The position numbers and the translations under genes are program-made. The notes beneath the pieces were generated by a model. That model was not told the origin of the DNA. It did no database searches and worked only from the letters and a program-made list of their open reading frames with translations. DNA of 64,000 nt from assembly GCA_963717985.1 (NCBI GenBank), contig CAVQYC010000007.1, positions 101,033-165,032 on the forward strand, in the 5' to 3' direction. Source of the stretch: an uncultured delta proteobacterium (GTDB lineage Bacteria; Desulfobacterota; Syntrophorhabdia; Syntrophorhabdales; WCHB1-27). Below are positions 53,316 through 61,746 of the stretch, piece after piece (within the stretch, counting starts at the first letter, position 1; each line of letters begins with the position of its first letter).

Positions 53316-55277
53316 ATGATAAGAAAGCGGATCGCGGAGATGCTCAAAGAGTCGCTGGAGCGCTGCAAAGACGAAGGCGTTCTTCCCGGCGACATAGAGA
53401 TCGATCCGCTTGTAGAGATACCCAGAGAAAGGGAGCATGGCGATTATGCCGCCGCCCTGGCTTTCCTGCTTGCGCGGAAGGCCAGAAAGAGCCCCGAGGA
53501 GATCGCCCGTTCCCTCGTCAAGCATATGCGCGCAGAGGCCCTTTGCAGTGAAGTGACCATAGCCGCCAGGGGGTTTATCAATTTTCGCGTGCGTGACGAC
53601 GCATTCAGGTCGGAGCTGGCAGAACTGTCGCGGACCGGCCTGGACCCGTTCTTCCCGGACGTCGGCGGGCAGAAAAGAGTACTAATGGAGTTTGTGAGCT
53701 CCAACCCCACAGGACCTCTCCACATAGGTCATGGAAGGGGAGCGGCCGTAGGCGACGTACTCGCGAATGTCCTGCAGAAAACAGGCTATCAGGTGGTGCG
53801 CGAGTATTACGTGAACGACGCGGGCAGGCAGATTGAGACCCTGGGGCGGTCCGTCTACCTCAGATGGAAGGAGCTTCAGGGGGCGAGTGTCGACTACCCA
53901 TCGAACCTCTATCAGGGCGACTACGTGAGGGACATCGCGGGGATGCTCCTCACCGAAAAGTTTGAGGTGCCCGCAGAAGAAGGTCCGGCTGTCGCCTTCA
54001 TGGCCCGGTTTGCCGCCGACCTGGTGCTGGCCGGCATAAGGAAAGACCTCGAAGCGTTTGGGGTCTTCTTTGACTCTTTCTACAGCGAGACCACCCTTTT
54101 CGAAAGGGGACTCGTCGATGAGACCATACGCGCGCTCCAGGAGCGGGGTTGGCTCTGCGAGCAGGATGGGGCGCTCTGGTTCAGGACATCCTCCCTCGGC
54201 GATGAAAAGGATCGGGTGATCATTAAGTCTGGCGGCGAAAAAACTTATTTTGCCTCCGACATCGCCTACCACCGGGAAAAGTTCGAGCGCGGTTTTCATA
54301 CGCTCGTCGATATCTGGGGGTCCGACCACCACGGGTATATCGACCGGCTCAAGGCCTCTATCGAGGCGCTGGGTAGAGACAGAGACGCCCTCAAGGTGCT
54401 CCTCATCCAGTTTGTGACCCTGCTCAAAGAGGGGAAACCGGTAGGGATGTCCACAAGGTCGGGACAATTCACTACGCTAAGAGAGGTCCTGGATGAGGTG
54501 GGAACGGATGCGGCAAGGTTCTTCTTTCTCATGAGGAAGAGCGACGCCCACCTCGAATTCGATCTCGACCTTGCAAAGAAGACCTCCAGCGAAAACCCCG
54601 TCTATTACGTGCAGTACGCCCATGCCCGCATCGAATCGATATTCAGAATGGCCCAAGGCGAAGGCATAGACCCGGCCGCAATCCGGCAGGCGGATGTAGG
54701 CCGCCTGGTCCTGCCGGAAGAGATGGGACTGATAAAGGAAATTCTCAATTTCTTCGATGTCCTGGAGGGGAGTGCGCGAAGCTTCGAACCGCACCGCATC
54801 ACGTTTTACCTGATCGATCTCGTCGGCAAGTTCCACGGCTACTACAACAAAGTCAGGGTATTAGGGAACGAGACCGGGCTTACCCTGGCAAGGCTCGCGC
54901 TGCTTGGGGTGCTGCAAAAGGTGATCCGGGAAGGTCTGCATCTAGTGGGCGTTTCTGCCCCGGAGAGGATGGAGAGGGCAGCGAGCGGATGGCGGCGTGA
55001 TAAATTCTTTATTTTAGGTTACTATATACACATGTGCCCGGCACGGGCGGCAAACTTTTTCGGGAGAATAAATGAAGCAAAAAAGCAAAACACAGGAGTA
55101 TGTAGAATCACTTCTCGTCGCGGCGCTCATCGCCTTCTTTGTCCGCAGCTTTATGGTACAGGCATTCAAAATCCCTTCCAGCTCCATGGAGCCTACGCTT
55201 CTGGTGGGCGACCATCTTCTCGTCAACAGGCTCAGCTATGTCATGAAGGTACCCTTTACGGATATCGTTATCCTTAA
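53316..55277 (+). CDS. argS: arginyl-tRNA synthetase, ORF extended ~100 codons past the canonical C-terminal Met
   Basis: HIGH-class motif (SNPTGPLHIGHGR), MSTRSG (KMSKS-equivalent), DALR anticodon-binding domain ending ...GVSAPERM at 54971. No stop codon until 55277. Confidence 0.9.
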   Translation: MIRKRIAEMLKESLERCKDEGVLPGDIEIDPLVEIPREREHGDYAAALAFLLARKARKSPEEIARSLVKHMRAEALCSEVTIAARGFINFRVRDDAFRSELAELSRTGLDPFFPDVGGQKRVLMEFVSSNPTGPLHIGHGRGAAVGDVLANVLQKTGYQVVREYYVNDAGRQIETLGRSVYLRWKELQGASVDYPSNLYQGDYVRDIAGMLLTEKFEVPAEEGPAVAFMARFAADLVLAGIRKDLEAFGVFFDSFYSETTLFERGLVDETIRALQERGWLCEQDGALWFRTSSLGDEKDRVIIKSGGEKTYFASDIAYHREKFERGFHTLVDIWGSDHHGYIDRLKASIEALGRDRDALKVLLIQFVTLLKEGKPVGMSTRSGQFTTLREVLDEVGTDAARFFFLMRKSDAHLEFDLDLAKKTSSENPVYYVQYAHARIESIFRMAQGEGIDPAAIRQADVGRLVLPEEMGLIKEILNFFDVLEGSARSFEPHRITFYLIDLVGKFHGYYNKVRVLGNETGLTLARLALLGVLQKVIREGLHLVGVSAPERMERAASGWRRDKFFILGYYIHMCPARAANFFGRINEAKKQNTGVCRITSRRGAHRLLCPQLYGTGIQNPFQLHGAYASGGRPSSRQQAQLCHEGTLYGYRYP

Positions 55278-55692
55278 CCTTGGCAATCCTTCAAGGGGCG
55301 ACGTGGTTGTTTTCCGTTATCCTGTCGACAGGAGCAAGGATTTTATCAAAAGGGTGATCGGGATAGAGGGAGATGTGGTGGAGATAAGGGATAAGGCAAT
55401 TTATCTCAATGGGCGGAAGATGGATGACCCCCATGCCCACTTCGCGGAAGACAGCATTGTCCCCGGGGTTTTTTCCCAGCGTGACAACTTCGGACCTGTC
55501 AAGGTCCCCCCGGGTTCTTATTTCGTTATGGGTGACAACAGGGACCGGAGCCTCGACAGCAGGTTCTGGGGATTCGTGAAGAAGGAAGACCTCGTCGGAC
55601 GCGCTCTCATCATTTACTTCTCGTGGGACGGCCGGACTGATGACGTCTTCCACTATGTGCGTTGGGAAAGGTTCGGCAGGCTGATACGGTAG
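55072..55692 (+). CDS. lepB: signal peptidase I
   Basis: Catalytic Ser box SSSMEPTL, Lys box KRVIG, and GDNRDRSLDSRFWG. Confidence 0.9.
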   Translation: MKQKSKTQEYVESLLVAALIAFFVRSFMVQAFKIPSSSMEPTLLVGDHLLVNRLSYVMKVPFTDIVILNLGNPSRGDVVVFRYPVDRSKDFIKRVIGIEGDVVEIRDKAIYLNGRKMDDPHAHFAEDSIVPGVFSQRDNFGPVKVPPGSYFVMGDNRDRSLDSRFWGFVKKEDLVGRALIIYFSWDGRTDDVFHYVRWERFGRLIR

Positions 55693-55744
55693 CGGCCCTG
55701 GCTTGACTGCGCCATTTTTGAAAAAGGGGTATCATAAGTACTAT

Positions 55745-57319
55745 ATGAAACACATCCTCGCGGTCGTTTTTTTTGTTTTCCTCGCGGCCTCTCCGGCTCT
55801 TGCCGCCAAAGGCTCCGGTTCTTCATTCCTCTACTTCCTGGAGGGCTACAGGAGCAGCCAGGCCGGCAGGTACGATGAGGCGCTTCAGCACTACAAGTCA
55901 GCGCTTTCCCTTGATCCCGGCTCTGCGCAGATAAAGAACGAGATGGCTCTCCTGTACGTGAAGAAAGGGGAGTTGGACAAGGCCGAGACGCTCCTCAAGG
56001 AATCGGTCCAGGGAGAGCCGAAAAACCGCCAAAGCCTCATGCTGCTCGCAGGCATCTATTCGTCGAGGGACCAGTTCGACAAGGCACGCCAACTCTATGA
56101 GCAGTGCATCGCAATGGACCGGGAGGATACGGACGCCTACCTGCTCTTGGGCTCCATCGACATTGCTCAGAAAAAATACCCGGAGGCGGCCGCAGCTTAC
56201 GAAAAGGTGCTGAGCTATGACGGTGAAAACCTCATGGCTCTCTACTATACGGCCAGGCTTCACGGTGAGATGAAGGATTTCGAGAAAGCGCGGGGATATT
56301 ATGAGAAGCTTCTTACCATAAAGCCGGACTTTGAGCTGGCGCTGCTTGACATGGGGACCTTGTCTGAAATAGAGGGCAGACTCGACGTGGCGGTGAGCTA
56401 CTATAAGAGGGCCGTGCAGGTTAACCCGGCGGGCAAGAAGGCGAGGGCGAGGATAGCCGCGATCTATGTGCAGAAAAAGGATTACGACAGGGCTATCTCC
56501 GAATTCGAGAAACTGTCCGACCTCGATAGGGAAGATCTCTCGATCAGGGAAAATATCGGTCTTCTCCACATGGAAAAGGGGAGGTATGAGGAGGCGATCC
56601 GGGAATTCAGCCTGATCCTCGCTTCCAGGCCCAAGGACGACAAGGCGAGGCTTTACCTGGCTATAGCGTTGCAGGAGAAGGGAGACCTGAAAAAGGCGAT
56701 TGAAGAGCTTTTGAAGGTGGATCAGCAGGGAGAGGAATTCCAGTCGGCCTCTCGGAATCTTCTCATTCTCTACGTAAAGGCGGGGGCCATCGATGAGGGC
56801 GTTCAGCAGATAGAGAAACTGATCGAAAAGAATGACAAGAACGTTTCTCTCTACCAGCTTTTGGCGGGACTGCTCGAAGAAAAGATGGATTACGGCAAGG
56901 GTATAGCCACCCTCGAAAAGGCGAAACGTCTGGAGCCGAAAAATGTCGACCTCCTTTATCAATTGGGCATGCTTTACGAAAAGAACGGGGATAACGACAC
57001 AGCGCTGAAGAATATGGAAGAGATAGTCAAGATAGAGCCCGACAACCCGGGCGCGCTCAACTTCATCGGCTACAGCTTTGCAGAAAAAGGCATCAACCTG
57101 GAACGGGCTGAGGCGCTGGTAAAAAAGGCCCTGGAGAAAAGACCTGACGACGGCTATATCCGCGACAGTCTCGGTTGGGTCTTCTACAGCAAAGGAGAGT
57201 ACACAAAGGCGCTGAGACGAGATAGTGAAGGCCCGGGACCTGGTCTCCGACGACCCTGTTATCACGGAACATCTTTCAGATGTCATATGCCAAGCTCGGC
57301 CAGCGAGACAAGGCAATAG
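55745..57319 (+). CDS. secreted TPR-repeat protein (C-terminus disrupted by two apparent 1-nt insertions; intact frame would end at 57414)
   Basis: Signal peptide MKHILAVVFFVFLAASPALA, then more than 12 TPR units. TPR-like sequence continues in the other two frames after 57215 and 57285. Confidence 0.8.
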   Translation: MKHILAVVFFVFLAASPALAAKGSGSSFLYFLEGYRSSQAGRYDEALQHYKSALSLDPGSAQIKNEMALLYVKKGELDKAETLLKESVQGEPKNRQSLMLLAGIYSSRDQFDKARQLYEQCIAMDREDTDAYLLLGSIDIAQKKYPEAAAAYEKVLSYDGENLMALYYTARLHGEMKDFEKARGYYEKLLTIKPDFELALLDMGTLSEIEGRLDVAVSYYKRAVQVNPAGKKARARIAAIYVQKKDYDRAISEFEKLSDLDREDLSIRENIGLLHMEKGRYEEAIREFSLILASRPKDDKARLYLAIALQEKGDLKKAIEELLKVDQQGEEFQSASRNLLILYVKAGAIDEGVQQIEKLIEKNDKNVSLYQLLAGLLEEKMDYGKGIATLEKAKRLEPKNVDLLYQLGMLYEKNGDNDTALKNMEEIVKIEPDNPGALNFIGYSFAEKGINLERAEALVKKALEKRPDDGYIRDSLGWVFYSKGEYTKALRRDSEGPGPGLRRPCYHGTSFRCHMPSSASETRQ

Positions 57320-57410
57320 ACCTCCTGCACCAATCGATAGACCTCGAAAAAAAGAACGATAGAAAGAAAGTCCTTGAGGAGAAGCTGAGAACGCTCGAGC
57401 AAAAGGGCAA

Positions 57411-58031
57411 GTGAAAAGGCTCCTCTTTGTCTCCTTCCTGATCTTCATTTCGGGATGCGCCCTCCTTCAGAGAAAGGGTGAAAACCTGCAGTGGCCTTCT
57501 GACGTCAACTCCCTTAAGGGTGAGGGAGACCTTGACGCGGCGTGGAGGAAAGAGCACTTTTCAGGCCCTTTTGTGGTGACCATGGCATATCCCGACCAGT
57601 TTCTCCTGGAGGTGTACGGGCCTTTCGGACAGACCCTCATCTATGTGCGAAAGGAAGCAGGTCGATTTCTCCTCGTCGCCGGAGACGAAAAGACCACCGA
57701 CGAAGCGGTTTTTGAGCGGAAATACGGTTTTCGTGTAAGCCAGTTCATAGACGACCTCGCCATGAGAGGTGACAGGCAGGAGACGCCTCAGGGGTGGACA
57801 ATGGAACATGAGAACTATCGGGTCGACTACGGCCAGGACAGGCGGGGCAGGAGACAAATCTGCTGGGAGAGCGGAGACGGCTCGATCTGCCTCACCTTCG
57901 ACGCAATAAATTTACCGGGCAGTGATGTCGAAGATCGTCGCCGGAGGTTGCCGCGGCTACGACGTACCGCTGCTGAAAGAGTTTTTTTTCAGGGCCCTCG
58001 CCGAGTTCGGCGCCTTGCCGGCCAAGTGTAA
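57411..58031 (+). CDS. lipoprotein (LolB/DUF4292-like guess), 3' end uncertain
   Basis: GTG start overlapping the reconstructed TPR stop (GTGA). Lipobox LIFISGC. The Arg-rich last ~35 aa overlap the DUF362 gene by 107 nt and look like out-of-frame read-through. Confidence 0.55.
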   Translation: MKRLLFVSFLIFISGCALLQRKGENLQWPSDVNSLKGEGDLDAAWRKEHFSGPFVVTMAYPDQFLLEVYGPFGQTLIYVRKEAGRFLLVAGDEKTTDEAVFERKYGFRVSQFIDDLAMRGDRQETPQGWTMEHENYRVDYGQDRRGRRQICWESGDGSICLTFDAINLPGSDVEDRRRRLPRLRRTAAERVFFQGPRRVRRLAGQV

Positions 58032-58986
58032 AGTCCTCCTGAAGCCGAACCTTCTTACCGGCAAGGCGCCTGGGAAGGCGGTCAATACCCATCCTCTCTT
58101 TGTGCGGGCCATCGCCGAGATACTGGTAGAGAATGGGTGCACTGTTTTTGTGGGGGACAGCCCCGGATACGAGTCGACCGAGAAGGCCCTCGAAAAATCC
58201 GGCATCATGGAGGTCATGCGAGACCTGCGGCTGGGACTCGCGCCTTTCAGAAAGAGGGTGACGAAAGTCAACGCCGGTATTTCCCCCTACAGGGAACTGG
58301 TGCTCGGGGAAGACCCTCTCGACTACGACCTGGTGCTCAATATGCCCAAGCTGAAGACCCATGTGATGATGGGCCTTACGGCCGGCGTGAAGAATACCTT
58401 CGGCTTTGTGCCTTCCCTGGATAAGGCGAAATGGCACCTCCGATGCAAAGGGGACAAGCGGCTTTTCGCATCCCTTCTCATGGATATCCATTTCCTGGTC
58501 AACCCGGCGCTTACCATCCTCGACGGGATAGTCGGCATGGATAGCAATGGTCCGGCCCACGGACGGGTTCGTGATCTGGGTCTCGTTGCCGTTTCCGATA
58601 ACGGCCTGTCCCTCGACGTTTTTCTTGAAAAGACGCTTTCTATCCGCTCCCCGCTGCCCATCTCCTCACTGGGCGAGGAAAAGGGTCTCCTCAAGGAGGC
58701 GATACTGGTGGACGAAGGCGCCCCGCAGGTACGGGACTTCGTGATGCCGGCAGCCATGGACGTAGATTGGAACCTGCCCCCTCTGGTCCGGGAGACCGTA
58801 AGGCACATCTTTACGAGAAAGCCGAAATGGGTGAGCAAAAGGTGCAACGTCTGCAAGACCTGCGTGAATGTCTGCCCCGTCGGCGCGCTCCGTCTAGGGG
58901 CAAAGGGTCTCTTTTTCGATTATAAGGCGTGCATCAGGTGCTACTGCTGCCACGAGATGTGTCCCACAGGCGCCATTACCGTATGA
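57925..58986 (+). CDS. DUF362 domain protein with C-terminal 2x[4Fe-4S] ferredoxin domain
   Basis: KVLLKPNLL...AVNTHPLFVRAIAEILVENGCTVFVGDSPG (DUF362). CNVCKTCVNVCP and CIRCYCCHEMCP clusters. Confidence 0.85.
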   Translation: MSKIVAGGCRGYDVPLLKEFFFRALAEFGALPAKCKVLLKPNLLTGKAPGKAVNTHPLFVRAIAEILVENGCTVFVGDSPGYESTEKALEKSGIMEVMRDLRLGLAPFRKRVTKVNAGISPYRELVLGEDPLDYDLVLNMPKLKTHVMMGLTAGVKNTFGFVPSLDKAKWHLRCKGDKRLFASLLMDIHFLVNPALTILDGIVGMDSNGPAHGRVRDLGLVAVSDNGLSLDVFLEKTLSIRSPLPISSLGEEKGLLKEAILVDEGAPQVRDFVMPAAMDVDWNLPPLVRETVRHIFTRKPKWVSKRCNVCKTCVNVCPVGALRLGAKGLFFDYKACIRCYCCHEMCPTGAITV

Positions 58987-59066
58987 TTTTTTGGGCCCGC
59001 CTCCCGGCCTCGTGGACGCGCGTGAGCGACACACGGCATTTCCCCGGAGGATGCGAAAAAGCTTAC

Positions 59067-59405
59067 TCAGGCCCACCCCATCGTGGTCAGTGCCTGCTTA
59101 ATCTGCTCCGGACCCTCGACAATGAACCCGGAGCTCACCCTTTTCCCGCTGTTTTTCCAGACTATGTTGAGTACTTTTTTCCTGGAAAATGTCGTACCGT
59201 GCCGGAAGGCTATTTTCACCTCTAGGATCGATTTCATTGGAATCATGAGTCCCCGGTGCGTGCTTTCCTGCAGGAAATAGAAACCCTGATAGTCGTACCA
59301 GTATTCGCCCGGCCCTTTTTCCGGCAAGCCCGCACGCTTCATGCCGCGGCGATACCACGGCTGCCCCATTGCCAGCGTGCCCGTATAAAAACCCTGGTTT
59401 TTCAT
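59067..59405 (-). CDS. hypothetical protein (112 aa)
   Basis: Track ORF only. No family recognised. GGAAAG lies upstream of the ATG. Confidence 0.35.
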   Translation of the reverse strand: MKNQGFYTGTLAMGQPWYRRGMKRAGLPEKGPGEYWYDYQGFYFLQESTHRGLMIPMKSILEVKIAFRHGTTFSRKKVLNIVWKNSGKRVSSGFIVEGPEQIKQALTTMGWA

Positions 59406-59633
59406 CTTTCCTTGACCCGTCCTTTTTCCTTACCTGACCACCCGTCCCCTTATTTTACTCTGTTTTTGGTCCTCCCGGTGAGTAATTATGGGCCCGGCAT
59501 GTACGAAGCATTTCCCCGGGACAATGCACCGATTCTTCCCGGCGGAACCTCTTCGTGAATAGGAATAGAGCGTACCTTGCCGGCCGAGCTTCTTGCAAAC
59601 AAGACCTTTTTATGTGAAACTGTAACTATAGAG

Positions 59634-59729
59634 GGAAGTGCCAAGGCGCCTGGTGGGCCTCCTGGTCTTCAAAACCAGTGCACCGGTGACGAGCTGGTGG
59701 GTGGGTTCGATTCCCATGCACTTCCGCCA
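59634..59729 (+). tRNA. selC: tRNA-Sec (anticodon UCA)
   Basis: 8-bp acceptor stem GGAAGTGC/GCACTTCC, discriminator G plus encoded CCA. Anticodon loop CTTCAAA. Long variable arm with a 6-bp stem (CACCGG/CTGGTG). 5-bp T stem with a TTCGATT loop, giving the 8/5 architecture of bacterial tRNA-Sec. Confidence 0.9.
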
Positions 59730-59746
59730 TTTTCCCTTTATTTTAC

Positions 59747-60964
59747 TTAGTTTTTGTCTTTCGAATCTCGTGCAGATTCGTGCAGACCCTTTCTCAGTTG
59801 CACGACCTTCTTTTCCAGGATGGCTTTTCTCGCCGAGGCCTCAACCTTCGCATACTTCTTCACGCTCTCCAATCTGGCCCAGTCTCCAGCTATTTGAACG
59901 TCATGGATGTTATACCCGTACTCGTTGATGAGCTGGGAAGCGGTGCTGTGCTTGAGGCCGGAATACATGTCTATTGTCTCGCCTACCTTAGCGCAGGCGG
60001 CTTTCCAGAGGTCATTCATGGTCTTGTGGGTATAGTGCTTGCCCTCCAGCTTCCCCCTGGGATGCACGAAGAAGTAGTGCGAGATTATCCCGTTTGTCTT
60101 TTGTTTCTGCTCCTCGATCGCGATGAACGGTTCGAAGTCGCTCACCATGGGCACCGCGTGAATCTCCCCTGTCTTGGTTCTGTCCATAGGTACTTTGGCG
60201 GAAAAGCCTCGATGCACGGTGAACATCTCGCTGCCGAAGTCTTCCTTGCGTAACGCCATCGCCTCCGCGGGCCTCCGGAGATGGTACTTCAACCACCAAA
60301 AGATAGGCTGGTGCTCGATCGGTATGGCTTCGATTACCCTCCGCTGTCGCTCTTCGGGCAGCCATTGAATGACCGATTGCACAATCTGATAGTCTTTCTC
60401 CTTAGGAAAAGCCGGCATGGCTGGAATACGACCGGACCGCCACGCGTGGTCTAGGCAGGTGTGCAGGCAGTACATTACGTTCTTCTTGCCCTTGCCTTCT
60501 CTCTTGATGTTCCCGAGGAGCTGCGTCAGCGTGTCAAGTCGGATCTCATGCAACTGGACGGTTTTCGTTCCGAAGAAAGGTACGAGATGTCTTTCGACGC
60601 TGTTCCTATAATCCTTATAGGTCGCAGGGGTCAGGGTATTTTTGATTGACTCCAGCCAGGTGCGGAGGTAGGAGATTACTTCGCAGTCCTGTATGGTGAA
60701 TTTCTCGATCCGGAATATCCCGTTACCGTAATCGCCGCGCATGACAGAGAGAAGCTGTTCCGCCATTTCGCGGCCCTGCTTCCCCTTATGCATGTAGAGG
60801 CCCTTGTATTTCCAGATCTTGTATGTTTTTCGGTCGGGCTCGTGGTACCAGGCTACATAGTAGCGCTTGACGTTCTTGGCAAACCCCACGCTGCCCTTTT
60901 CCATACAGATTCCCCCTGCCGTCTTGCTGAAGGAATTGTACAGAGCAAGGGGAAGGCGTGTCAA
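59747..60964 (-). CDS. tyrosine-type site-specific integrase
   Basis: N-terminal SAM-like domain and C-terminal catalytic domain (LRRPAEAMALRKEDF ... GLKHSTASQL ... AGDWARLESVKKY). Lies 18 nt from the 3' end of tRNA-Sec. Start is TTG 60964 (TTGA overlap) or ATG 60904. Confidence 0.85.
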   Translation of the reverse strand: MTRLPLALYNSFSKTAGGICMEKGSVGFAKNVKRYYVAWYHEPDRKTYKIWKYKGLYMHKGKQGREMAEQLLSVMRGDYGNGIFRIEKFTIQDCEVISYLRTWLESIKNTLTPATYKDYRNSVERHLVPFFGTKTVQLHEIRLDTLTQLLGNIKREGKGKKNVMYCLHTCLDHAWRSGRIPAMPAFPKEKDYQIVQSVIQWLPEERQRRVIEAIPIEHQPIFWWLKYHLRRPAEAMALRKEDFGSEMFTVHRGFSAKVPMDRTKTGEIHAVPMVSDFEPFIAIEEQKQKTNGIISHYFFVHPRGKLEGKHYTHKTMNDLWKAACAKVGETIDMYSGLKHSTASQLINEYGYNIHDVQIAGDWARLESVKKYAKVEASARKAILEKKVVQLRKGLHESARDSKDKN

Positions 60965-61347
60965 GCTATTCGCGCCTCATGCATTCTTTTGCCTTGAGAT
61001 TCTTCCTGTTCATCTTCTATCAATCGCCTAAAATCAATTCCCGACATCATTCCACGGCAACAGAATCGATTTTCCGAGGCTTTCCGCATTTTCGCCTTTG
61101 TCTCTTCGGACACCTTCCTTACCTTCACGGCGCCACCCTTCCGATATGGCATGAAAACATGAAACGCGCACCCTTCAACCTCGCAGTCCCTCCGACCATC
61201 CATGTAAAAGCCCGTGCACTCATAGCAATTGGCGAGAATGCTCTCCTTCATGGTGAGGCTCTCGCCCCTGAGGAAGGTTATCAGTTCCCGTTTTCCTCGC
61301 GCCGTGCTCCCGTGCTTCTTGATCCATTCGATACTTGCGGTCGTCAT
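60961..61347 (-). CDS. hypothetical Cys-rich protein (128 aa)
   Basis: Track ORF with a CYECTG...CEVEGC metal-binding-looking motif. Coupled to the integrase start. Confidence 0.45.
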   Translation of the reverse strand: MTTASIEWIKKHGSTARGKRELITFLRGESLTMKESILANCYECTGFYMDGRRDCEVEGCAFHVFMPYRKGGAVKVRKVSEETKAKMRKASENRFCCRGMMSGIDFRRLIEDEQEESQGKRMHEARIA

Positions 61348-61524
61348 CGTTCAGTCCCCTCAGACATGGGCCATTAGACCGGAATGCCTACCCGGTACGC
61401 TGCCATGAGCCAGCGAAACGGCGCCCGTCTTTCCCCCGAACCAGATTTCTTGGAAGTAAATCGCTGCTTGATGGCGTCGAGACCGCGATAGTGCAGCCGT
61501 TGGGGTTGTTCCGCCAGCGCATGC

Positions 61525-61746
61525 TCACCCTCTCCCTCCGAAGTCCTGGTCATAGGCCCCTTGAAGCGAGACGTCCCGGCCTTGGGGCTTTTCAACCGAA
61601 AGCCCTTTCGTGAGACGATAGTGCTCCAGGGCCTCCCTGATGTAAAGTCCCCGGATGGACTTCGGCATGCCTTCGAGCAGTTCGTAGAGCTCCTTCTGCT
61701 TGGCCTTGTGGATGTGCACTCTGTAGACGACGAAATCCTCAGCCAT
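61525..61746 (-). CDS. ribbon-helix-helix-like protein, candidate ParR-type partition adaptor
   Basis: 73 aa. The beta-strand-then-two-helices pattern (FVVYRVHIHKAKQKELYELLEGMPKSIRGLYIREALEHY) is a secondary-structure guess from the residue pattern, not a computed prediction. Overlaps the 3' end of the ParM-like gene by 8 nt. Confidence 0.45.
   Translation of the reverse strand: MAEDFVVYRVHIHKAKQKELYELLEGMPKSIRGLYIREALEHYRLTKGLSVEKPQGRDVSLQGAYDQDFGGRG

Noticed and set aside
55898-57448. 516-aa minus-strand ORF
   Set aside because: Antisense shadow of the TPR-repeat gene. The plus-strand product has a signal peptide and regular TPR units, and the minus-strand product has neither.
59593-59632. 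Candidate promoter for tRNA-Sec (TTGCAA ... TATGTG / TAACTATAG)
   Set aside because: No -10 candidate has acceptable spacing to the -35-like TTGCAA, so it is not reported as a feature.
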